Assembly: GCF_964213995.1 (NCBI RefSeq)
Contig: NC_135830.1
Coordinates: forward strand, 15,810,001-15,874,000
Length of the DNA: 64,000 nt
Direction: 5' to 3'
Origin: Mustelus asterias
Taxonomy: Eukaryota
Shown here: one piece after another, positions 10,893 to 23,497 of the stretch
Position numbering within the stretch: the first letter of the stretch is position 1
Layout of the letters: each line of letters starts with the position of its first letter
Notes under the pieces: model-generated
Seen by the model: only the letters and a program-made list of their open reading frames with translations
Database searches by the model: none
What the model was told of the DNA's origin: nothing
Translations under genes and position numbers: made by a program

Positions 10893-11899
10893 AGACTCTG
10901 TGCACAGTAATAGACCGTGGTGTCAGACAACCGCAGCTCCGAGATTGTCAATCGGTACAACTTGTCTGACTGCTGGACTCTATCCGAAAACCGTGTCCGA
11001 GCGAAATCGGCCTTGAATTCATAACTGTCGCTCGGGTCCCGGCGGACGGCAAACTCGGGCTGTCTGCCTGGTACTGACGGTACCAGAATAAATAATCAGC
11101 ATCGTCGGTAAAGATGCAGCTTAAAGTGACATATTTTCCCTCTGGCGGTGTGAGTGAGGATTCCCGCTGAGTAACAGAATCTCCATCGCTCTGATCTGGA
11201 ACACACAGTTAAAAAAGTGCAAATAATCAACTGAACTGAAATGTGACAATTAGTGGTTAGTATCACATACAAAAAGTTGGAGTACAGACCTTAGAAAAAT
11301 AAACTTTCTACAAAATTGATCTGTCTGTTTTAAATCCTAGAGAGCGTAATTCGCCTTACTTCGTCTCAATCTCTCAGAATTTCCATCCATTTCTTTCTGC
11401 ATCATCTCTTTATTTAGCTTCCCTTGTGGTAGTGATGTACAGAGTATAAACACACGCTGGGTATGGAGGCCTGTCCACAATGCCCTTTTGCATCTCTTTG
11501 AACCGTTGCATTTATCATAATCAATGATCCAGAAGTGAAAAGAACTCTGCAGCACTAACCTATTAACCACCTTTCAATCACATTTGAAGACCTCTGTCAG
11601 GCTGTCCCTCCAACCTCGCTTTGCGAGATCAAATAATCTCAGCCAGCACAATTATTGCTGATAGTTAGCTCATGCCAATTGCGGTATCACCTTCTTACAG
11701 ATTTTTCCTCATTTTCTCCTGTGCCCTGGCATTATTTCCTAACACTCCTCATGTGGTCTGACCAAGTTTCGATACAAGTGATAAATAGACTATTTACTTT
11801 TAAAATCTAATTCTCTGAAATTAATCTTCATTTAAAAGTTTTAAATTTCTCACCGACACAGAAAGCTGCCCAGAGCACAACGAGAACGTGGATCTGCAT
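10893..11899 (-). pseudogene. TCR alpha/delta V segment V5, 1-nt frameshift (leader 11899-11854, V exon 11195-10893)
   Basis: Leader MQIHVLVVLWAAFCV/GTGAG. DGDSVTQRESSLTPPEGKYVTLSCIF...LFWYRQ-(shift)-PGRQPEF...DFARTRFS...LTISELRLSDTTVYYCAQS. Confidence 0.88.
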
Positions 11900-11995
11900 T
11901 GCTGCTGCTGTCCCAGAAAGGTGCAGAACAGATAATTGTAAAAGAGCAAATGTCATCTGCTGCAGGACAACACAGACTCAGAGCAGCCACATTTC

Positions 11996-12010
11996 TGATG
12001 TCACTTCCTG
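11996..12010 (-). promoter_or_regulatory. TCR V promoter decamer (CRE) plus ETS site upstream of V5
   Basis: Minus strand CAGGAAGTGACATCA about 100 bp upstream of the leader ATG; matches the AGTGAYRTCA decamer. Confidence 0.55.
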
Positions 12011-13901
12011 CAGCATATCACACGGATGGAGCTGTGGGAGTTGCCCCTCACCACTCTGATGTTTCTTAACCAGGGCTACGTGTTTATATAGGGGAACGCA
12101 AACATTAATGCCATATCCCGCTCATCAGAGAATAAGATTTCTGAGTGTAGGCAGCTGGATCTCAAAGATATATAAGCGGGAAAATCAACGCAAGATTTTT
12201 GTGAGGCGCCTGATGAAGATTTCGTTTAGGATTGAATAATTTACTGACTCTAACAAAGTTGGTACGAAACTATTGGTCGGCAGAATGGAATGAAGATTAG
12301 CGACACTTGCTACAGAGAGGCAACGTTATGTAATTTTTCAATGTTGCTTTGTTACTGAGTTCAGTTCCTTGTAGTTAAATCCTACCTGTGAAAACACTGC
12401 CCAGACTGTCCTGTGCTGTTCTCACACTGACCCTTCTCACCTGTCCTGGTTTATTGGAGAGATTGCTGCCAATTTTTTATGTTTGTCATTGTTTGGATCC
12501 GCAGTCCAATGGAGAGGGGATTTATATTTCTACCCTGACAGAGAATTTCACATATTGCGAAGATATAGGGAACAGACTGTGGAAGTATCGCAGACCACTA
12601 ATTATTATATCACTTCGGATTAAGTAGATGTTTCCCAGTAAAATGAACTCTCCTTAGTGCCCCGGCCTAACCCGGCTGCCGTATCCCAAACATTTTTATT
12701 TAACAAGTGCTGATGTAGTGATAAATATTCATTACCCAGTTCAATAGAGGAGTCGGTGCCGAAAATGATGGTTGAAGAGGGGATCATTTTACCACAAATT
12801 CCATCCTGTAAACAAACCAAGTCCTTATGTGTTCGGTACAAGTAGAACATGGGCATTTCTACAGTCTGTGTTTCAGCTCTGGGGAGGGACAGCAAAGCAG
12901 AACCCCGGCTTTACACAGCAATACGCTTCTATACTTAGTAAAGCAGCAGACATTAAAGAATTAATGATATAAAAAGCTCTCATATCCGCTACCGCTATTT
13001 CTGTGCCTTAAGCCCCAAATTGCTGCCGAGATACAGCGGATTCGGTACAAAATTGCACATCGAAATTTCCAGTTAATGTCACAAATATGCGCTCCCGCAC
13101 TAACAAAGCAAGAGCGATAATTCAACCACCTCCGAAAAGCCCAAAGACCTGCAAAGGTCTATGAAGCAACATAGAAGAGCTAGTAAAATGGATTATGAAA
13201 TGAAACTTGCAAAGCAGATCGAGATCAATAAGGAAATATTAGTTACATAAAGGGAAAGAAGGTGATCAGGAGTAATATTGGTCCGTTAGAGACTTAAAGT
13301 GGGGATATTGTTATTGATTGTGGGAAAAAGGGGATCCCTATTTGCTCTTGAGAATGTGGCGCTGAGCTGCTGACTTGAACAGCTGCTGTCCAAGTTACAC
13401 AAATAGAAATGAAATGGGGAGGGACTCGGAGATTTGAGGAAATGGCACTGTTGAAACCAAGGAGAATCAATTAAATTTGCAAAAGTAAATCAAGTAAAAT
13501 ATTTCCAACATATCATTGATTATGCATTTATCATATATAACTTTAAAATGAGGGCAAAACTCAGTTTGAAATCAATGCCTTCATTGGTGAACAGTTAATC
13601 CTTAACCACTTTTATAATTTACAGTTACTGCAGTAAAGTAGCGTCCTGGTTTATAGACAATTGGCCTGTTCACACGTGACCCGAAAGAGAAGCAGCAGCG
13701 GATCAACAACCCACATCCTTACACCGGACGAGCAGAAACTGATTCCAGCCCATCAAACTGCAGAGAAACCGAGTGTCTGGAACTTTATCTGTTGCATCTT
13801 ACATTAGCGGAATATTGAAGATGTTGATTCACTTCGTGCCCTTCTGCTGTGAGCTGTGCCCCGTATTCCTATTGACAATGCTTTTGTATCACACGGTGCA
13901 A

Positions 13902-14299
13902 ATGAATCTATTCCTTGTCATTCTGGTGATGCTAACTTTTAAGTGCAGGATACTTATTCTATAACTTGTGAATCTGTATATTTATACTAATTTTGCTTCA
14001 TTGTCTGAATGTTTTCATAGGTCGATGTCACTCGGACCAAGTTTCACAAACTCACACAGCGAAAACAGTCCAGAGCGGGGATTCGGCACAGATAAACTGC
14101 AGCTATGGCATGTCCAGTATTTATGGAATGTATTGGTACAGACAAAAAACCCGATCAGGGACGTAAGTGGATAATAAGCAGATTCTCGGATGGCAAAGAG
14201 AAAATGACTGATTCGAGTTGAAACTTTCCACTGCGGGTAAATTGGGTCAGTTGGTTACTGAAGACACGGAGAGCGTGGATCCTGCTGTGCATTAATGCC
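13902..14299 (+). pseudogene. TCR V segment V6, decayed (V exon from 14021)
   Basis: Leader-like MNLFLVILVMLTFKC lacks a GT donor. GRCHSDQVSQTHTAKTVQSGDSAQINCSYGMSSIYGMYWYRQK is followed by frameshifts/stop. RSS is CACACTG-23-AGAAAAACC at 14300-14338. Confidence 0.8.
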
Positions 14300-14559
14300 C
14301 ACACTGAGAGGAAAAACGGCAGTCATTGTAGAAAAACCTCACACCTGTTTACAGTTGCTGCAGCGATCAAACAAATAGCAGACTGCCGGCAAGACATGTC
14401 AGAACGAGAGCAGGAAATGAAGCATGAGGTTGCCCTGGGCTTTGCAATTCCTGACAGCGACTTTGCTCAGACATATTGACAGTCAGGGCATAACCTATCC
14501 GATTGAAGAAACAGTCACTCAGTGAGAGTGGGCTTTCTGGTGAGGAAATCATTCAAATT

Positions 14560-15390
14560 CTTCAATTTAAGGATGACATTCCACTGTCTCGAATCAGACA
14601 TTTGGTCTATGCCCAAATTCAGCAAGACCTGAACAGTACTTAGGTTTGGCCTGATAAGTGCAAACAACATTCACGTCCCACAAGTTCCAGGCATTGACCA
14701 TCTCTAAAAAGAGAGGATCTAACCAACTTTCCTTGACATTCAGTGGCATTGCCATCGCTGAATCCACACCCGCCCCCCCCCACGCCCCCCCTCTCCACAC
14801 CCCACCCCATCAACATCCTGGGAGTTGACTGAAAACTGAACTGGACCCAAGACCGTGGCTACCAGAGCAGGTCAAAGGTTAGGAATCCTGCGATGAGTAA
14901 CTCGTCTTGTGACTCCCCAAAGCCTATCCACCATCTACAAAGTACAAGTCAGGAGTGTAAATGGAATGCTCCCTACTTACGTGGATCAGTGTCGCTCCAA
15001 TAACTCAATAAACTCGACACGATACTGGACAAAGCAGTCCGCTTGATTGCTCACCATTCCGTAAACATCCATTCCTGCCACCACCGACGAACAGTGGCAG
15101 CCGTGTGCACCATCTACAAGAAACACTGCAGCAACTCAGCAAACCTTTTTCAGGCAGCACAATCCAAACACACGACCACTGCCATTTAGGAGGACAGGGG
15201 CAGCAGGCACATGGGAACATCACCACCTAGACGTTCCCTTCCAAGTTATTCCACATCCTTTCTTGGAAATATATCGCTGTTCCTTCACCGTCACTGGGTC
15301 AAACCCTGGAACTCCCTCACTAACAGCACAGTGGGTGTACCTGCACCTCAGGGACCGCAGAGCTTCAGGAAGGCAGCTCACCACCACACA
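14560..15390 (+). mobile_element. Decayed LINE 3' region (second CR1/L2-group family)
   Basis: RT C-terminal-like remnants ending AAGGCAGCTCACCACCAC; same family as the minus copy at ~18900-19365. Confidence 0.55.
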
Positions 15391-15507
15391 ATACACTCGA
15401 CTATCTTCGTGTTGTTGGGTGAGTTTCTGTGTCCCAGAGTTATAATAACAGTCGTGTTGCTGGGTGAGTCTCTGTGGCGGCTATTCGACATCTCATTTGT
15501 TAAATAC

Positions 15508-15947
15508 AAAGAACAAAGAACAAAGAACAATACAGCACAGGAACAGGCCCTTCGGCCCTCCAAGCCCGCGCCGCTCCCCGGTCCAGGATTGAATCCTGAA
15601 TCCAGGATCCCCGCCCAATTTTCCAGCCTATCTACATACCAATATCCTATCCACCGAGCTGTCCCTCACAGCTACGATGCTTTGTTCATTACAACCTATT
15701 AACTCACCCCCACCCCCCCCCCCCATTCCAGACCATGTGATCTCCAGGGAGAGGCGAAAACCCAGAGTGAAAAACCCCAGGGCCAATATGGGGAAAAAAA
15801 ATCTGGGAAATTCCTCTCCGACCCCCTGAGGCGATCGAAACGAGTCCAGGAGATCACAATGGCCCTGATCGGAAAATGCTTCCCAACCCTAGTCATTTCC
15901 ACTTCCACGAACACCATATGAGTTCCCTGCCCCCGAGACAGGTTCCC
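15508..15947 (-). mobile_element. Mosaic non-autonomous retroposon with CR1 tail, TSD AAATAC
   Basis: The tail matches the CR1 3' end at 30430-30500 and a 26-nt piece matches CR1 RT at ~61242. TSD at 15502-15507 and 15948-15953. Confidence 0.65.
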
Positions 15948-16293
15948 AAATACGACAGTAGATTTTTATCCGTTCTGCATTTTTTTACAGGTGTCCGTGG
16001 GCTTATTTGAGCTAACAATTCAGAAAGAACAGCCTGCAAATTTCTGCCATATTAACTCCACTTCTAAGTGCATCCCTCAGCTGGTAGCGAGATACTCATT
16101 GTTTCTGTTTGCTACATAAATCGCGGCATGGAGATTAGCATCTAGTTTTCCCAAACCGCTCCACTGCCGATCTCAATCAGGATAAAATACCCGGTAAATA
16201 GACCTGACTGCATTCGCGCAGAAGGAAACTTAGTGGAGCTGTAAATACTCGCTGAGGTTTTTGAACGGTGTTTAGCTGTAATCTAACGCTGTG

Positions 16294-16774
16294 CCTCACT
16301 GCGCAGTAATAGACCGCCCCGTCCTCCACACTGAGGGCGCTTATATTGAGGTAACCATTCTGCTTAGACTTATCAGCAGCCGCCAGATGTCGTCCTGAAA
16401 CTTCATCATCCTTCATTGCTAATATTTTAGAAATAATCCATGTCGGTGGTTGTGCCGGTTTCTGCTGATAGCATTGCATGCTGTACATACCCTTGTCTGT
16501 ATAGTTACAATCTAACTGTACCGAACCTCCTTCTGATGCGGTTATTGTCACTGGTGACTGGATCGGCGCCACGTCCGCCTGTGAAGATAGAGGAATTAAA
16601 TGTCAAGAGTTAATGTAAATGTGTTTGTATCTGCGATAGTTTGAGGAACCGATTCTACGCATCACATGGATATTTCAGATTGTTAATTAAGTTGCCATCA
16701 ATCTGTTTATCTGGCTTGGTGAACGTTTTCCAGTACTTACTGTGCAAGAGCGTCGCCAGTATGAGCAGAAACAT
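16294..16774 (-). pseudogene. TCR V segment V7 (leader 16774-16741, V exon 16578-16294)
   Basis: Leader MFLLILATLLH/GTAAGT. The spliced frame GRGADPVT is out of frame with QSPVTITASEGGSVQLDCNY...QCYQQKP (Trp41->Cys)...EDGAVYYCAVR. RSS is CACAGCG-22-TCAAAAACC at 16256-16293. Confidence 0.85.
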
Positions 16775-17072
16775 GTCTGATTGGATCCCTCTCAGTGAAT
16801 CGGAACGGAATGAGTCAGAGATTGAGAAAGAGAGAACCCGGGCTTGGTTCAGCTGATTGCAGTGAGTGTGTGTGTGAAAGAGAGAGAGGGCGGGGTGGGG
16901 TGGGGGGGGGGGGGGGGGGGGGAGCGGGGGGGAGGAGTCCATCGTGACCTCACGAGCCTACCATCCATACAGGTTTAAGTTGTGACGCTGGGGTTTGAAT
17001 TTGGCGCCGTCTTGTCGGCAAATGCTTTTTAATTGCACGCTCAGATTTTGCTGTTGAGTGGATTCAGGGTTT

Positions 17073-17897
17073 ATAGAACACAGAACAGTACAGCACAGTA
17101 CAGGCCCTTCGGCTCTCGATGTTGTGCCGAGCTTTATGTGAAACCAAGATCAAGCTATCCCACTCCCTATCATCCTGGTGTGCTCCATGTGCCTATCCAA
17201 TAACCGCTTAAATGTTCCTCAAGTGTCTGACTCCACAATCACTGCAGGCAGTCCATTCCACACCCCAACCACTCTCTGAGTAAAGAACCTCCTCGGACAT
17301 CCTTCCTATATCTCCACCATGAACCCTATAGTTATGCCCCCTTGTAATAGCTCCATCCACCCGAGGAAATACTCTTTGAACGTTCACTCTATCTATCCCC
17401 TTCATCATTTTATAAACCTCTATTAAGTCTCCCCTCAACCTCCTCCGCTCCAGAGAGAACAGCCCCAGCTCCCTCAACCTTTCCTCATAAGACCTACCCT
17501 CCAAACCAGGCAGCATCTTGGTAAATCTCCTTTGCACTCCTTCCAGCGCTTCCACATCCTTCTTATAGTGAGGTGACCAGAACTGCACACAATATTCCAA
17601 ATGTGGTCTCACCAAGGTCCTGTACAGTTGCAGCATAACCCCACGGCTCTTAAACCCCAACCCTCTGTTAATAAAAGCTAACACACTATAGGCCTTCTTC
17701 ATAGCTCTATCCACTTGAATGGCAACCTTCAATGATCTGTGGATATGGACCACAAGATCTCTCTGTTCCTCCACAGTCTTCAGAACCCTACCTTTGACCC
17801 TGTAATCCACATTTAAATTTGTCCTACCAAAATGAATCACCTCACATTTATCAGGGTTAAACTCCATCTGCCATTTTTCAGCCCAGCTTTGTATCCA
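17073..17897 (-). mobile_element. CR1-type LINE 3' fragment
   Basis: ORF 17208-18035: WAEKWQMEFNPDKCEVIHFG...LVRPHLEYCVQFWSP...LERRRLRGDLIEVYK. Confidence 0.9.
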
Positions 17898-18894
17898 AAT
17901 GTTTGAACACAAAGTTGAGTCCTGAAGAATCACAGGTGGTAGAATGCTGCACTTTGTAGTGCCACGCCGCCGCCAGCAGAGGGAAGTGTCGGTCCGAATT
18001 CCAGACTCGCAACAGCGACTAGCAACCATATTCACAGACTCAGAGAATCATAGAATCCCAACAGTACAGAAGGAGGATATTCGGCCTATCGAGTCTGTAC
18101 CGGTCACAATCCCACCCAGTATTCCCGTAACCACACACATCCACCGCGCTAATACCCCTGACACTAGGGTCAATTTAGCATGGCCAATGAACCAAAAGAA
18201 AAAAATGTAATTCAAAGGGCAAATGTCGAAACAGAAATAGCATATTAGCACTGATAGTAAACGTATGTTGCTTCACGAGATATGTTATGAGTTGTCAAAG
18301 CTGTTGGAATGCTGAAAATATTCACATTCATTGAACTTGGCACTCGGCATTGTTTGTGTCCTGCAGCGGGTAATATGTGTACTTTATTCACAAAAGCTCC
18401 CAGTGCCAAACAGTCGAGTTAGCAATATTGGGCGGATGTTTTCCTGGAGCTTTCAGTCCAGAAATGCGGACGTGCTGAGCTTTTTCAACAATGTCGGCTT
18501 TTACCAGAGGTATCTAAGCTGCTTTGGATACAAACAAATGAATTTTATGTCGATGAAAGGACCCAAAGTGTAGGCTCGTTGGTCTTGGGATATGATTCTC
18601 GCTTTGGATGTCTGAGGTCAAGTGTGCGAGAAATCCCGAAAGAGCCCTATGATGTTGTTTCCTATTGCCTAATTCACAGTTTTTGCTCATTTCTTTCCGG
18701 TGCAGCCGGCGGGATTGTTTCACATAGGATTTGGTTTGAGAACCTGAGCACAAACTGCAGAGAATCCATCAGCACAGCATGCTCGCTGGAAAAATATTTT
18801 CAAAAGGGTTGACTATGTAAGCGGACATTCATTTCGTCACCATTCACCTGTTCAGGGGACCCCATGATTGTCCGTTCTGGCAGCTGGCTGGATC

Positions 18895-19365
18895 TTTCTT
18901 TTTATTCATTAACGAGAATGTGGGTGTCACTGGCTCGACCGGCAATTATTACCCATCAGTAATTTCCCTTGAGAAGGTGGTGGTGAGTTGCCTTCATGAA
19001 CCGCTGAAGTCTATGAGTGTAGGTATATCCATTGTGCTGTTGCACGGGGTGGGGTCCGGTGGGTGGGGTGGGGGGGGGGGAGTGGGGGTGGGGGGTGGGG
19101 AAGGTGGTTAGTTATTCCAGGACCTTGTCCCAGAGACCGAAAAGGAACAGCGATATATTTCCAAGTCAGGATGGTGATTGGCTTGGAAGAGAACTTCCAG
19201 GTGATAGCGGTCTTGGATTTAGAAACTGCTGCCCAAGGTGCCTTTGGTGAGCTCCTGCATCATCCACGTAAGTGGGGAGTATTCACTCACACTCTTGAAT
19301 TGTGCCTTGCAGATGGTGGATAGATTTTGGGGAATCAGGTGAGTTACTCGCTGCAGGATACAAGT
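18895..19365 (-). mobile_element. Decayed LINE 3' end
   Basis: TTTTTTATTCATT...CCCTTGAGAAGGTGGTGGTGAG, complementary to the element at 14560-15390. Confidence 0.55.
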
Positions 19366-19369
19366 AGAA

Positions 19370-21445
19370 GGCATGTAAAATCGTCGGCTCCAACGCACTG
19401 ATGAGCTCAATGCATTCTACGCCCGTTTTGAGCAAGAGGTCAGCAAGAGCATGCCCTCTACCCTGGAAGCTCTCGATGAACCTGTACCTGGGGTCACCAT
19501 TGCAGATGTCAGAGCAGCCTTCTCGAAGGTCAACCCTTGGAAAGCGACTGGGGTACCCGGACGAGCACACAGATCCTGCGCGGATCAGCTGACGGAGGTA
19601 TTCACAGACATCTTCAACCTCTCTTTCCAGTAATCTGAGGTCCCTATCTGCTTCAAGATAACGACCATCATCTCGGTACCTAAGAAAAAACAAGCAGTGT
19701 GTCTTAACGACTATCGGCCGGTGGCTCTGACATCCATCATTATGAAGTACTTCGAAAGGTTAGTCATGGCATGAACCAATTCCAGCCTCGTGGACTACCT
19801 GGATCCACTACAGTTTGCCTTTCGCCGCAACAGGTCCACAGCAGACGCCATCTGCCTGGCCCTGCACTCAACTCTGGAACACCTAGATAACAAGGACACC
19901 TATGATACACTCCGATTTATTGACCACAGCTCAGCCTTCAACACCATCGTTCCCACGAAAATCACCTCCAAACTCCGTGGCCTGGGCCTTGACACCTCTC
20001 TCTGCGATTGCATCCTGAACTTCCTAACTCATAGATCACAATCAGTAAGAATAGGCAACAACATCTCCTCCCCGATCACCCTCAACACAGGTGTTCCACA
20101 GCGCTGTGTTCTCAGCCCCCTACTATAACTCCGTATATACCTATGACTGTGTGGCCAAATTCCCCTTCTATACGATTTTCAAGTTTGCTGCCGACTCCAC
20201 CGTCGCAGGTCGGATCTCAAACAATGATGAGACAGAGTTCAGGAATAAGAACATAAGAATAAGAACATAAGAACTAGGAGCAGGAGTAGGACATCAGGCC
20301 CCTCGAGCCTGCTCCGCCATTCAATAAGATCATGGCTGATCTTTTTGTGGACTCAGCTCCACTTACCCGCCCTCTCACCATAACCCTTAATTCCTTTACT
20401 GTTCAAAAATGTATCTATCCTTGCCTTAAAAACATTCAATGAGGTAGCCTCAAATGCTTCACTGGGTAGGGAATGCCACAGATTCACAACCCTTTATGTG
20501 AAGAGGTTCCTCCTCAACTCAGTCCTAAATCTGCTTCCGCTTATTTTGAGGATATTCCCCCCAGTTCTAGTTTCACCCGCCAGTGGAAACAACTTCCCTG
20601 CTTCTATTTTGTCTATTCTCTTCATAATCTTATATGTTTCTATAAGATCTCCCCTCATTCTTCTGAATTCCAATGAGTATCGCCCCAGTCTACTGAGATA
20701 GAGAATCTGGTGAACTGATGCGGCAACAATAATCTCTCCCTCAATGTCAACAAAACGAAGGAGATTGTCATCGACTTCAGGGAGCGTAAAGGAAAACATG
20801 CCCCTGTCTACATCAACGGGGACGAAGTAGAAAGGGTAGAGATTCAAGTTTTTATGTGTCCAGATCACCAACAACCTGTCCTGGGCCCCCCCATGCCGAC
20901 ACTATAGTTAAGAGAGCCCAGCAACGCCTCTACTTTCTCAGAAGACTAAGGAAATTTGGCCTGTCAGCTACGACTCTCACCAACGTTAACAGATGCACCA
21001 TAGAAAGCATTCTTTCTGGTTGTAGCACAGCTTGGTATGGCTCCTGCTCTGCCCAAGACCGCAAGTAACTACAAAAGGTCGTTAATGTAGTTCAATCCAG
21101 CACGCAAACCAGTTTCCCATCCATTGACTCTGTCTACATTATCCGTAGCCTCAGCAAAGCAGCCAGCATCACAAAGAACACCACGGAGCCCGGACATTCT
21201 CTCTTCCACCTTCTACAAAACTCTGAGGTGGTGTACCATACGACTCAAGAACAGCTTCTTCCCTGCTGCTATCAGACTTTTGAATGGACTTGCCTTGCAT
21301 TAAGTTGATCATTCTCTACATCCTAGCTATGACTGTAACACTACATTCTGCACCATCTCTTTTCCTTCTCTATGAAGGTATTTTTTGTCTCTATAACGCG
21401 CAAGAAACAATATTTTCACTGTATGTTAATGTATGTGACAATAAT
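19370..21445 (+). mobile_element. Rex1/Babar-type LINE, decayed, interrupted by a CR1 fragment
   Basis: [52 protein letters not shown]...TIESILSG. Confidence 0.8.
20246..20693 (-). mobile_element. CR1-type 3' end nested in the Rex1-type LINE
   Basis: YSLEFRRMRGDLIETYKIMK with an AAGAACAT-repeat tail; it splits the host sequence AGGAAT|GAGATAGAG. Confidence 0.85.
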
Positions 21446-22995
21446 CTTCTTTCGATACTTGGTATTAATCCATTTATTTAATATATATGTCTTAATTCTG
21501 GAATGTGCAGTTGGTCTGTCTGCATTGTTCAACTCAGGTCGGTTGCTGCAGGTTCTCAGGGTTAGACTGAGAGTTAGGTGGATTGAGTTCAATATAACTC
21601 AATATAATAAAACAACCGTTGCTTTCAACCTGGTGTCTCAACTAATCCAGAATTTCAAAATTGAACATGACTGACCAACAAAAGGAATCGAGTCACTGGG
21701 TAATAGACATCCCATGGTGCTTCATTGAGATTGACCATAGTCATCTTTTAAACAAAATCAAACATCCTTCAAGGAAACAGATTGAAAAATGACCTGTTAG
21801 TTATACTTGATCCCTCTTTTTTCTATGTGTGAAACATTCTGGCGCTGAAATCTCGTTCATCTACAGTAGGCCCAGCAGGTCCGCACTGATCCACGATTGC
21901 CTCATCTGCCCGAGAGGTTTTTCCTAATTCTTTATCATGAAGAACAATTTTTTAAAAATACTTATGGAAATTGTGCGCCATTTCCTCTAGTTCACTTACA
22001 GTTTTACTTGTGTCTATGTCTTAGAGCACGCAATACCATTAGACATGTTTCAGATGGCGATTACATATGTTAGTCTGCATCTATAAATCCATTAAATACT
22101 GTTGTGGACTGAACGAGTTGCGAATGTGTACAAACATTTATTTCCTGACATTGCGTCCTAAAGTACAGCATTTCTGATATTCCTGAAAGCATTTGAAATG
22201 ATGTTACATCGAGATTCGTGTAATGTTGCGTAATGAAATTAAATCATACAGACTTCGCACACGCTTAATGAGAAATGTCCAACAGCGCTCCTACCCAGTT
22301 TTGAGCCACAAACATTTCCGTGACTGTAACATTGAACAACCCTCTCTTCATATCCCCTCCCAGTTTCCTGGAGCCTTTGACCGCGGCCTGCTCACAGCTT
22401 ATTTAAACAGAGTACGTTCCGAATCAGAGAAAACTTATTCACATTGAACAGATTTCGCAAAGTGGTGACTGTGATCTTTAAACCAACCCCAAGTAAATTT
22501 TCCCTCGTGCCCACTGAGCTTCAGAATGTTTCCTGGAGGCTGGTGTGGTTTCTGTCAGCACTAACAATCCAGATTTTTCTGATGATAATATACAGACCAG
22601 GATTACATTCCCCGCCCACCTCTTCCATCTCCCCCAGTCTCTGAAAGTGCGGCCGTTCCCCTATCAAGACACTGACTGTAGCCAGGTTCGGACGCTTTTC
22701 TTTCCATGTCAGCACCAGATCGCCACCAAGTGGTCTCACAGAACCAGAGTCACATAGGGAAGTGAGGCATGAACATCCCCAGGGTAGAGAACGGGGATTA
22801 GAACGGGTATCTTCAAATATGACTCTGTGCTGATCTGTTTGTCGGATTGAAATCGGCAGTTTGTTTGTGTCGTTGCTCCTGGGAACAGTTTCATTCGAGG
22901 TTGGCTTGGTTTCCTTTTGCTGTACATTGTGGCTACATCTACCGCGATTTTACACAAGCCACAACAGACAGGAGCTGCATTCTGTATTAATAGGC

Positions 22996-23034
22996 AGTTT
23001 TTGTACAGGGCTGAGCTTGTTTTCTGTCACTGTG
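22996..23034 (-). promoter_or_regulatory. 23-RSS of V8
   Basis: Minus strand CACAGTG + 23 nt + ACAAAAACT. Confidence 0.95.
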
Positions 23035-23497
23035 AGTCTGAAAGCGCAGTAATATACGGCGGCGTCAGCCAGCTTCAGACCCGAGATGGTTAAACTGCTG
23101 AATTTATTCTCCGTCTGGAGCTCAACAGAGAAACGGATTTTGGCAAAATCGGCTTTGTCTTCAGCGCCGCTAGAGTATTTCGAAAGTATAAACTGAGGCT
23201 GTGAGTCCGGGTGCTGCCGGTACCAGTATAGATAATAGTAGCTCGCTTCAGTATCATATTTACAATTTAAATTCACCGCTTCTCCTTCTGTCCTAACATC
23301 TGAGGACGGCGACTGAGTGACAGAATCTCCATGAATCAGATCTGAAAAACAAATATAAAAATATCTGACCGGCGACTGTTGAAAATTTTGTTTTACACCA
23401 TGTTTCAAAAATGTAAAAAAAAAATTTGAAATGTGTTTGGTCCACATTTACCTGTCAGAAATATTGCCCACACAACCCAGATGCTGAGCAGCCGCAT
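23035..23497 (-). CDS. Intact TCR alpha/delta-type V segment V8 (leader 23497-23452, V exon 23341-23035)
   Basis: Leader MRLLSIWVVWAIFLT with GT/AG phase-1 intron. In-frame DLIHGDSVTQSPSSDVRTEGEAVNLNCKY...LYWYRQHPDSQPQFIL...RFSVEL...LTISGLKLADAAVYYCAFR, followed by a near-consensus RSS. Confidence 0.93.

Noticed and set aside
16888-16936. Poly-G/C tracts (also ~9500, 15710, 19050, 34190, 38205, 45740, 48770) as G-quadruplex elements
   Set aside because: Common low-complexity tracts in such genomes with no positional pattern; homopolymer lengths are unreliable.
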